A program made the translations under genes and the position numbers. DNA of 38,421 nt, from IMG/VR virus record IMGVR_UViG_3300037479_000370, positions 1-38,421 of that record; one strand, given 5' to 3'. The stretch is from a virus (lineage: Duplodnaviria; Caudoviricetes). The notes under the pieces were generated by a model that did no database searches, had not been told where the DNA came from, and saw only the letters and a program-made list of their open reading frames with translations. This document shows positions 1-6,730 of the stretch, piece after piece (the first letter of the stretch is position 1; the number at the start of each line of letters is the position of its first letter).

Positions 1-127
1 CGCCAGCGCCAGCGCCAGCGCCAGCGCCAGCGAAAACGGAAGCTCTTTCCCTCTCTCCTGGTAAGAGCGGTGGAGAGGGGGGTGCGGGGGGAGAACCAAG
101 CGGGCGCGAGCGCCGTGCGGGCGAACG
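1..127. repeat. Terminal direct repeat, identical to 38295-38421 (assembly overlap of a circular contig)
   Basis: Exact 127-bp match read at both ends; 127 is a common assembler k-mer; the initiator ORF stays in frame across the join. Confidence 0.95.
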
Positions 128-389
128 GCTGACGCCGGCCGAGCGCGAGAAGTACGCCCGCGAGGTATGGGCCGCGTGGCAGCAGCGGATCGGAGGGAAC
201 GGCGAGGCCATGAGTTCGGCTGAGTGGGACACGGTCACACGGTGGATGGACGTCGGCGTGCCGTTGCGGATCGTACTGCGCGGAATCCAGGACTGCGGGG
301 GGCAACCGACGCCGCACCACACGCTGCTCTACGTCCAGCCGGCCGTTAACGAGGCGTTTGAGCGATGGCGGAGGGCTCTCGCGTCGTGA
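3..389 (+). CDS. C-terminal part of the replication initiator (continues from 37868 across the circular join)
   Basis: Manual translation: PAPAPAPAPAKTEAL...REKYAREVWAAWQQRIG...EWDTVTRWMDVGVPLRIVLRGI...LLYVQPAVNEAFERWRRALAS*; the stop overlaps the next start (GTGA 386-389). Confidence 0.85.
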   Translation, partial: PAPAPAPAPAKTEALSLSPGKSGGEGGAGGEPSGRERRAGERLTPAEREKYAREVWAAWQQRIGGNGEAMSSAEWDTVTRWMDVGVPLRIVLRGIQDCGGQPTPHHTLLYVQPAVNEAFERWRRALAS

Positions 390-880
390 TCTCCATCGGC
401 GTGGACCCCGGGAAGCTGGGGGCGGTCGTGGCGATCGACGACCAACGGCGGCTCGTGTTCGTCGAGCCGATGCCGCTCGTGAAGTCCTCGCGCGCCCGTG
501 ACGAGTACGACTTGCCCGCGGTCGTAGACCTGCTCACAGTCCACGAGCGTGAGGCGGTGTTCGTGACCGTCGAACGCCTCCAGCCGCTGCCATCGAAGCT
601 CGGCGGGGGGATCGCCAACTACGCCCGTGGGTTCGCGCAGGGCTGGGTCTGGATGCTCACCGCCCTCAGGATCCCCTTCCAGCTCGTCCCGCCAGCGATG
701 TGGCAGCGGGCGATGCTGATCGGCACGCCCGGCAACGACACCAAGCAGCGGGCGATCCTGGCGGCGCAGCGGCTCTTCCCATACGTCGAGCTGCGCCGGT
801 TCCCGAAGCATCACCGTGATGGCGTGGCGGACGCGCTGCTCCTGGCCGAGTACGGACGTCGGGGACGAAATGGTGGATGA
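386..880 (+). CDS. RuvC-like Holliday junction resolvase
   Basis: IGVDPG, VTVERLQ and DGVADALLLA acidic catalytic motifs; GTGA-coupled start at 386. Confidence 0.88.
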   Translation: MISIGVDPGKLGAVVAIDDQRRLVFVEPMPLVKSSRARDEYDLPAVVDLLTVHEREAVFVTVERLQPLPSKLGGGIANYARGFAQGWVWMLTALRIPFQLVPPAMWQRAMLIGTPGNDTKQRAILAAQRLFPYVELRRFPKHHRDGVADALLLAEYGRRGRNGG

Positions 881-1079
881 CCTCGGCGTCCGGCTCTTGG
901 CCCTCCTACCGCCCGAGGCCGTGCGTCAGCTCGTCGTGCTGCTGGAGGAGTACCAGCGTCGTGCCGGCCGCGGCCACGGCGTGCCCAAGGAGATCTCTCC
1001 GCGATTCTTTCTGGATGGCCGCGGTCGCGTCCTCGAGGTCGAGATTCCGCGCCGCTACGGCTGCTTCGATCCCTCTTGA
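870..1079 (+). CDS. Small protein (69 aa) in the late-regulator position; helix plus beta-hairpin reminiscent of DUF2292/YezD
   Basis: MVDDLGVRLLALLPPEAVRQLVVLLEEYQ...ISPRFFLDGRGRVLEVEIPRRY; overlaps the resolvase end; its stop lies inside the following TTGACA. Confidence 0.65.
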   Translation: MVDDLGVRLLALLPPEAVRQLVVLLEEYQRRAGRGHGVPKEISPRFFLDGRGRVLEVEIPRRYGCFDPS

Positions 1080-1105
1080 CAGGCTCCCGCGGCCGGGCGC
1101 ACACT
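1076..1105 (+). promoter_or_regulatory. Putative late promoter (sigma70-like)
   Basis: TTGACA 1076-1081, 18-bp spacer, CACACT 1100-1105, at the early/late boundary. Confidence 0.55.
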
Positions 1106-1118
1106 CTCCGTCGAGCAT

Positions 1119-1224
1119 CCCGCCGAAGCAAGAGCGGGCGGTCTGAGGCGCGTTCGGGTCCGCGCCAGCGTTCAGGCCCAGGTTGCCGCGTTCGGGTCCG
1201 CGGCACCTGGGCTTTTGTCGTTTT
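1119..1224 (+). terminator. Structured late leader: tandem hairpins with identical loops, ending in an intrinsic terminator
   Basis: CGCGTTCGGGTCCGCG at 1149-1164 and 1187-1202; stem GCCCAGG..TGCCGCG/CGCGGCA.CCTGGGC (1176-1212) followed by TTTTGTCGTTTT. Confidence 0.75.
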
Positions 1225-1233
1225 GGGGGTCTG

Positions 1234-1761
1234 TTGAGCGAAGCCGCCAGGGCGCGAGGGCTGGAGATCACGGCGTTCGATCTGGCACGCCGCTACCTCG
1301 GCGTCGTCGTCGAGCTTGTCGGCGGCCGCGACCACCCGTTGATCGTCTGGTGGCACCACCTGGCCGCTGGCGGGCACGCCTACGACGACCCCCGGCTCGA
1401 GCAGGACGAGATCCCGTGGTGCTCGTCCTTCGCCATCGGCCAGGCCTGGCCCTTCCGCGACTTCGGTTGCGCGTACCCGGTCGGGCCCTTGGCGCGTCGC
1501 GCCCGATCGTGGCTTCGCGTAGGCCGCGAGGTCTCGCTCGGCCAAGCGATAGTCGGCTGGGACGTCGTGGTGCTCAACCGGGGCGGCGGCTCGCCCGACC
1601 CATCCGTGATCGACTCGCCTGGGCACGTTGGCTTCTTCGCCGGGCTCGCCGGCGATCGCCAGGTCGTGCTCCTCGGTGGAAACCAGGGCGACGCGGTGAG
1701 CGTCGCGCGATTCCCGGTGGACCAGGTCCTCGGCGTCCGCCGGCTGTTGGAGGTCGCATGA
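1234..1761 (+). CDS. Endolysin, TIGR02594-type (NlpC/P60-CHAP-like) peptidoglycan endopeptidase
   Basis: DEIPWCSSF, ARSWL, VVVLNRGG, GHVGF and LGGNQGDAVS motifs (Cys/His pair); start uncertain, TTG 1234 chosen. Confidence 0.88.
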   Translation: MSEAARARGLEITAFDLARRYLGVVVELVGGRDHPLIVWWHHLAAGGHAYDDPRLEQDEIPWCSSFAIGQAWPFRDFGCAYPVGPLARRARSWLRVGREVSLGQAIVGWDVVVLNRGGGSPDPSVIDSPGHVGFFAGLAGDRQVVLLGGNQGDAVSVARFPVDQVLGVRRLLEVA

Positions 1762-2195
1762 AGCCGAAGCCGTTTCTGTTCTGCTGCGCCGCGCTCGCGG
1801 CGCTTCTCACCTACGCCTGCGTCTACGATCCGCTCGCACCTACGACCGTCAACGTCAACGTCACCCAGCACCAGAGCGCCACGGCCACGCCAGCGCCGAC
1901 CACTCCCGCGGGGTGCAACCCGGTGGCGACGGTGGGGACCACCGTCCCGGAGAGCGTCAAGGTCGGCGAGGCCGTCACGCTCGACGCGACCGCCAAGGAC
2001 GCCGCCGGCAATACCCGTTCGGACGCCTGCAACGTCGCGACCGGCGTCGTCTGGACCGTGTCGGGGCCCTGCTCGCTGTCCAGCTCCACGTCGTTCACGC
2101 CGCGGCTCCGGGGCGACGCCGTGGGCCAGTGCGCCGTGTCCGCGCAGATGGGCGGCGTCACGAGTGCGGTGAAGTCGATCAGGGTGCTGTCGTGA
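1758..2195 (+). CDS. Lipoprotein with Pro/Thr linker and Ig-like (Big_2-like) domain
   Basis: MKPKPFLFCCAALAALLTYA-C lipobox; VKVGEAVTLDATAKDAAGN...VVWTVSG...G.CAVSA pattern; RBS GGAGG, ATGA overlap. Confidence 0.75.
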   Translation: MKPKPFLFCCAALAALLTYACVYDPLAPTTVNVNVTQHQSATATPAPTTPAGCNPVATVGTTVPESVKVGEAVTLDATAKDAAGNTRSDACNVATGVVWTVSGPCSLSSSTSFTPRLRGDAVGQCAVSAQMGGVTSAVKSIRVLS

Positions 2196-2425
2196 CGCGC
2201 GCCAAGTTCACGTGCGTCGGTGTCACCAAGCGGAAGGGGTGGACCAAGGACATCCCATTCATCTACGACGCCGAGTTCAACGCGGTGACGACGGACGGCT
2301 CGGAGGAGGACAAGGCATTCTTCGCCGCGACACCGTCAGGGCGGATCACCATCGGCACTGTCCGAGACGATCACTTTCAGGTCGGGAAGGTCTACTACGT
2401 CGAGTTCAAGGAGGCCGAGTCATGA
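2192..2425 (+). CDS. Small beta-rich phage protein (77 aa), function unknown
   Basis: MTRAKFTC...FNAV...EEDKAFFAATPSGRITI...FQVGKVYYVEF, a pattern I recognise from phage hypotheticals; coupled overlaps at both ends. Confidence 0.75.
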   Translation: MTRAKFTCVGVTKRKGWTKDIPFIYDAEFNAVTTDGSEEDKAFFAATPSGRITIGTVRDDHFQVGKVYYVEFKEAES

Positions 2426-3192
2426 CTCGCGAAAGGACTCTTCGGCTCGACGCCATGGTGCTGATCGCCGGCCTCGCGGTCGTCGCCTTCTGCGGTGCGG
2501 CCCGGGCCGAACAACCGCAGCTCCCCGATGGGACGGCCGTGGTCGAGGACCTCAACGCCGGCGCCGTGACCGTGAGCGTCACGGCCGGCGCCGTGGCCAC
2601 GCTGAACGGTACGGGCGACTCCGTCATCACGCCCACGGGCTACATCGAGGTCGAGGGTCCGGTACCGCTGGGCAGGACGCACACGCCCTTCCGCGTTTAC
2701 ACGCGACTCGGGATCACCAGCCTCCCTGGGGAGACGCTCGACCTCGAGGGCGTCGACACCTGGGACGCGGGCGAGGTCGGCTTGGGCGCTCACCGCGTGG
2801 TCGGCCGACGAAAGATCGGTGTGCAGGAGGTCTTGACCTCCATCGCCATCGAGGGCGGCTTCAGCTCGAGGCTCGGGTCGCCGGAGCCGCGCGACCGCTT
2901 CGCGCGCCACTACGGCCTCGGCATTCGCTTCAGCGAGCTGCGAACCGGGTCGTCGATCACGCTGCTCTACGGCCGAGACCAAGCCGCCGGCGACCGCGGC
3001 TTCGGCCAGATCGTGATCTACGGTCACGTGCCGCTGCTCGGCAATGGAGCAATCACCGTCGTCGGCGACGCGACCGTCTCCGTCGGCCCTCGGCGCGAGG
3101 GCTGGACGCAGCGGGATGTCCTGCGGCTGGGGCTCGTCTCCGACATCGGCGCGGTGGTCGACGCCTTTCGCGGGCGGGGCGGAAGCCCGTAG
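2422..3192 (+). CDS. Signal-peptide protein, predicted outer-membrane beta-barrel (about 10 strands)
   Basis: Hydrophobic signal ending ARA-E; about ten alternating amphipathic beta segments (e.g. FRVYTRLGITS, RHYGLGIRFS, DVLRLGLVS). Confidence 0.65.
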   Translation: MTRERTLRLDAMVLIAGLAVVAFCGAARAEQPQLPDGTAVVEDLNAGAVTVSVTAGAVATLNGTGDSVITPTGYIEVEGPVPLGRTHTPFRVYTRLGITSLPGETLDLEGVDTWDAGEVGLGAHRVVGRRKIGVQEVLTSIAIEGGFSSRLGSPEPRDRFARHYGLGIRFSELRTGSSITLLYGRDQAAGDRGFGQIVIYGHVPLLGNGAITVVGDATVSVGPRREGWTQRDVLRLGLVSDIGAVVDAFRGRGGSP

Positions 3193-3209
3193 CCGGAGGA
3201 GCCTCGGCG

Positions 3210-3341
3210 GTGGCCGCCCTCGTCCTCGGCGTGGTGGCAGGCGCGTTCGTCGGGTACTGGATCGGGCGCATCGAGGGGTGGAACGCGTGCGTGAGGTGGT
3301 TTCGGCGCCAGCTCGGCGGAGCGGCGCCGTGGCTCGTGTGA
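3210..3341 (+). CDS. Small single-pass membrane protein (43 aa), absent from the ORF track
   Basis: RBS GGAGGA 3195-3200; MAALVLGVVAGAFVGYWIGRIEGWNACVRWFRRQLGGAAPWLV*; fills the intergenic gap. Confidence 0.6.
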   Translation: MAALVLGVVAGAFVGYWIGRIEGWNACVRWFRRQLGGAAPWLV

Positions 3342-3345
3342 GGTC

Positions 3346-3651
3346 GTGGGCCTGAAGGAGTGGGCCGAGCGTCGAATCGCGCGCCTCGTGTGGAGGCGAC
3401 TGGAGGGAAGGATGCCGAAGATCAAGCGATGGACCCCGGTGGTCGGGGGTGGGATCCTGGTGGCATTCGTGATCTTGAGGCTCTTCGGGCTCAACGACCT
3501 GGCACAGGCGATCGCCGGGTTCGGCGGAGCTGTTGGCCTCACCGATCAGTCGCCCGTGGGCATCGCTGAGCTGACCGCGGCCGCTGCCGGCCTGACGGGA
3601 ATCGTGCTCAAGATCCGGGCCGAGGTCCAGAAGGCGCGCGGGAAGGCGTGA
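3346..3651 (+). CDS. Putative holin with two hydrophobic segments; second in-frame start at 3412
   Basis: VVGGGILVAFVILRLFGL and IAELTAAAAGLTGIVL segments, basic C-terminus, lysis-cassette position. Confidence 0.6.
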   Translation: MGLKEWAERRIARLVWRRLEGRMPKIKRWTPVVGGGILVAFVILRLFGLNDLAQAIAGFGGAVGLTDQSPVGIAELTAAAAGLTGIVLKIRAEVQKARGKA

Positions 3652-3911
3652 TCCAGAACCTCAGCGCGGCCACGCTGGAGGCCCGGGAGCCGAAGAGCGG
3701 CCGGCCTCGGCGCTCGGAGCGCTACGGAGTGAGCGTGCTGACGAGCATCCTCAACGCGCAGACGGAGGCGGACGTTCACCGCATCGTGGGCGACACTCTC
3801 ACGCTGACAGGCGTCAGCAACGGGACTCGCCGGAAGTGGCGGGCCGCAGCGGAGCGACGCCTCCAGTTGCTGCGCGGCAACCGGATCATGCGCGCCCTCG
3901 AGGGGCGATAG
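3648..3911 (+). CDS. Hypothetical basic protein
   Basis: GTGA-coupled ORF of 87 aa filling the gap before the HNH gene. Confidence 0.6.
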   Translation: MIQNLSAATLEAREPKSGRPRRSERYGVSVLTSILNAQTEADVHRIVGDTLTLTGVSNGTRRKWRAAAERRLQLLRGNRIMRALEGR

Positions 3912-3923
3912 GGGCGCAGAGCC

Positions 3924-4256
3924 ATGCCTTCGGCGGCCCTGCGGCCCTGCCGACCGGGCTGTCCCAGCTTGGTGAGCCGAGGGCGTCCCTGTCCACGTCA
4001 CCCGCCACGTAAGCCCTGGACCAGAGCGAGGTCACCCCACACGGCGCGTGGATCCACCTGGTCATGGCGCAAGTTGCGCGCCCAGATCCTCGAAGAGGAG
4101 CCCGTGTGTCGGCTCTGTGGCGTGAGACCCAGCACCGTGGTCGACCACGTCACGCCGTTGAGCCAGGGCGGAACCGACGACCCGTCGAACCTTCGAGGGA
4201 TCTGCACGTCGTGCGACCGTGTCCGGTCGTCGCGACAAGGCGCCGAGGTTCGGTGA
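3924..4256 (+). CDS. Packaging-associated HNH endonuclease (HK97 gp74-like)
   Basis: WRKLRAQILEEEPVCRLC...VDHVTPLSQGGTDDPSNLRGICTSC; directly upstream of TerS. Confidence 0.92.
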   Translation: MPSAALRPCRPGCPSLVSRGRPCPRHPPRKPWTRARSPHTARGSTWSWRKLRAQILEEEPVCRLCGVRPSTVVDHVTPLSQGGTDDPSNLRGICTSCDRVRSSRQGAEVR

Positions 4257-4378
4257 TGACGAGGGGGGAGGGGGGATCGAAAGTCTGGAGATCTGGTCGC
4301 CCTACACCGGTGCTTCAGCCACGCGCGTGCGCCCGCGAAACTCAGTACCCCCCCGGGGGGGTCGTGGGGAGGGGCTGA
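4257..4378. other. Probable cos packaging region
   Basis: Non-coding gap between HNH and TerS with G-runs, AAAGT, GCGTGCGCCCGCGAAA and a C/G run; the standard cos position in HNH-TerS-TerL phages; exact cut site not determinable. Confidence 0.65.
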
Positions 4379-4858
4379 TTGCCCGGCGGTCGCCCGCGGA
4401 AGCCGACGCGCCTCAAGGTCCTCCAAGGGAACCCGGGCAAGCGCCGCCTGCCGAAGCGCGAGCCGGAACCGGCCGCACTGGAGGACCTAGCGGCGCCGGC
4501 CTGGCTCAAGGGCCATGCGCTCGAGGAGTGGAAGCGCGTGACGCCGGAGCTGCAACGCCTCGGCCTCCTCACGATCGTCGACGTCGCAGCGCTCGCCGGT
4601 TACTGCCAGGCGTTCGCTCGGTGGCGCCAGGCGAAGGACGCAGTCGACGAAGAGAAGTCGGTCGACGTCGCGATCGCCCGGGGCCTCGTGAAGATGGAGA
4701 AGGAGGCTCTCGCGCAGATGAAGGCGCTCGCGGGCGAGTTCGGCTTCACGCCGGCGAGCCGATCGCGCGTCGCGGGCGCGGGGAAACCGCCGGAGGAGAA
4801 GGACCCGTTCGAGGAGTGGGCGAAGGGCAAGGTGATCCAGGGTGGCAAGAAGGACTGA
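4379..4858 (+). CDS. terS: Terminase small subunit, P27 family
   Basis: GRPRKPTRLKVLQGNPGKR, PAWL, LAGYCQA, EFGFTPASRSR. Confidence 0.95.
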   Translation: MPGGRPRKPTRLKVLQGNPGKRRLPKREPEPAALEDLAAPAWLKGHALEEWKRVTPELQRLGLLTIVDVAALAGYCQAFARWRQAKDAVDEEKSVDVAIARGLVKMEKEALAQMKALAGEFGFTPASRSRVAGAGKPPEEKDPFEEWAKGKVIQGGKKD

Positions 4859-6590
4859 CCCCGTCACCGCCTACGCGCGGGCCGTCACGGCGGGTCGCAT
4901 CGTGGCCGGCCGACTCGTGCGTCTCGGGTGCGCCCGACACCTCCGGGATCTCAAGGACGGCAAGAAGCGGGGGCTGCACTTCGACGCGGAGGCGGCGGTC
5001 CGGGCGGTGGAGTTCTTCGCCCACCTGAAGCACTACAAGGGCGAGTGGGCTGGCCAACCTCTCAAGCTCTCACGGTGGCAGCAGTTCATTGTCGGCTCGA
5101 TCATGGGCTGGAAGCGCACCGATGGGCTCCGGCGTTTCCGGGAGGCCTACGAGGAGGTCGCGCGCAAGAACGGGAAGTCCACGAAGGATGCAGGTCTCGT
5201 GATCCTGCTCGCGTTCTTCGATGGGGAGTCCGCGGCCGAGGTCTACTGTGCCGCCACCAAGAAGGATCAGGCCCGGATCATCTTCGGCGACGCGAAGGAG
5301 ATGGTGCGCCGCACGCCAGCGCTCAAGAAGCGCCTCAAGATCTTCGTCAACAACATCTCCTCCGAGGCCTCGTCCTCGAAGATCCAGCCGCTCGGCGCCG
5401 ACGAGGACACGATGGACGGTCTCAACGTCCACATGGCGGAGATCGACGAGGTCCACGCCCACAAGACCGCCGGCATCGTGGACGTCCTCAAGACGGCCAC
5501 GGGCTCCCGGCAACAGCCGCTCGTGAAGTACGTGACGACAGCCGGATTCGATCGGACTTCTGTCTGCTGGCGGCTTCACGATTACGCCATCAAGGTCCTG
5601 GAGGGGACGATCCAGGACGACACCTTCTTCGCCTACATCGCGACGATCGACGAGGGTGACGACTGGCGAAACCGACGCGTGTGGGTCAAGGCGAACCCGA
5701 ACCTCGGTGTCTCTATCCACCAGGACGACCTCGAACGCAAGGCGCGCCAGGCCGAACACATCCCCGCGGCGCTGAACACCTTCCTGCGCCTGCACCTCAA
5801 CGTATGGACCGAGCAAGCCGAGCGCGCCGTGGACATGGACGTGTGGGATCGGGGGAGCGTGCCGGTGAAGGAGGAGGAGCTGGAGGGCGACGAATGCACG
5901 GCGGGGCTCGACATGGCTTCGACGAACGATCTCGCCGCCTTCGCCAAGCTGTTCGGGCCCGACGCCGACGGGTACTACGACCTCCTGATGCGCTTCTGGC
6001 TCCCCGAGGGCAGCATCGCCGCCGGCCGGACGAAGCGGTCCGAGCAGCTACGCCAGCAGCTCGCCAACTGGGTGGCGGAGGGCTGGATCACGGCGACTCC
6101 GGGCGAGGTGATCGACTACGACTTCATCGAGGCCGCGATCATCGATGACGCCCGACGGTTCCACATCCGCGAGATCGCCTACGACCGGTGGAACGTGACC
6201 CAGCTCGTGACCCACCTCAAGGACGAGTTCGGCGAGGGCACCGGGTCCACGCAGATGGTCGAGCACGGCCAGGGCTTCCGCGACATGTCGGCGCCGACCA
6301 AGGAGCTGCTGCGACAGCTTCCCGAGGGCAGGATCCGTCACGGCGGCAATCCCGTCCTCCGGTGGATGGCGAGCAACCTGGCGCTGAAGCAGGACCCGGC
6401 CGGAAACCTGAAGCCGGACCGGGTCAGCTCGGGAGAGAAGATCGACGGGATCGTAGCTTTGATCATGGCCCTGGGCCGAGCGATCGTGCAGCCGGCGGAG
6501 CCGCCCTCTCAATACGACGCTCTGATGGCGGAGCGCGGAGCGGCCATCGCCCGCGGCGAGAAGCCGGCGGAGTTGATCGACGGATGGTGA
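4842..6590 (+). CDS. terL: Terminase large subunit
   Basis: Walker A VARKNGKS, Walker B EIDEVH, TTAG coupling motif, GLDMA and KIDGIVA nuclease motifs. Confidence 0.97.
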   Translation: MARRTDPVTAYARAVTAGRIVAGRLVRLGCARHLRDLKDGKKRGLHFDAEAAVRAVEFFAHLKHYKGEWAGQPLKLSRWQQFIVGSIMGWKRTDGLRRFREAYEEVARKNGKSTKDAGLVILLAFFDGESAAEVYCAATKKDQARIIFGDAKEMVRRTPALKKRLKIFVNNISSEASSSKIQPLGADEDTMDGLNVHMAEIDEVHAHKTAGIVDVLKTATGSRQQPLVKYVTTAGFDRTSVCWRLHDYAIKVLEGTIQDDTFFAYIATIDEGDDWRNRRVWVKANPNLGVSIHQDDLERKARQAEHIPAALNTFLRLHLNVWTEQAERAVDMDVWDRGSVPVKEEELEGDECTAGLDMASTNDLAAFAKLFGPDADGYYDLLMRFWLPEGSIAAGRTKRSEQLRQQLANWVAEGWITATPGEVIDYDFIEAAIIDDARRFHIREIAYDRWNVTQLVTHLKDEFGEGTGSTQMVEHGQGFRDMSAPTKELLRQLPEGRIRHGGNPVLRWMASNLALKQDPAGNLKPDRVSSGEKIDGIVALIMALGRAIVQPAEPPSQYDALMAERGAAIARGEKPAELIDGW

Positions 6591-6730
6591 CCTGGCTCGA
6601 TCGTCTCGTGGCGCTCGCAGGCTTCGGCATGGTCGTGGGTGGAGTCGTTCTCATCCATCGTCCGGCCGCGATGATCGTGGCCGGCGTCCTGCTTCTGGCT
6701 GCCGTGGTCGGGAGAGCAGCCCGCACGTGA
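6584..6730 (+). CDS. Small two-TM membrane protein between TerL and portal
   Basis: MVTWLDRLVALAGFGMVVGGVVLIHRPAAMIVAGVLLLAAVVGRAART; a common position in HK97-like head modules. Confidence 0.75.
   Translation: MVTWLDRLVALAGFGMVVGGVVLIHRPAAMIVAGVLLLAAVVGRAART

Noticed and set aside
1-127. Terminal repeat as biological direct terminal repeats of the virion DNA
   Set aside because: The length equals a common assembler k-mer, it falls mid-gene, and the HNH-TerS-TerL module points to cos ends near 4257-4378
1149-1202. Mini CRISPR array from the 16-bp palindromic repeat
   Set aside because: Only two short copies 22 bp apart, embedded in larger hairpins, and no cas genes
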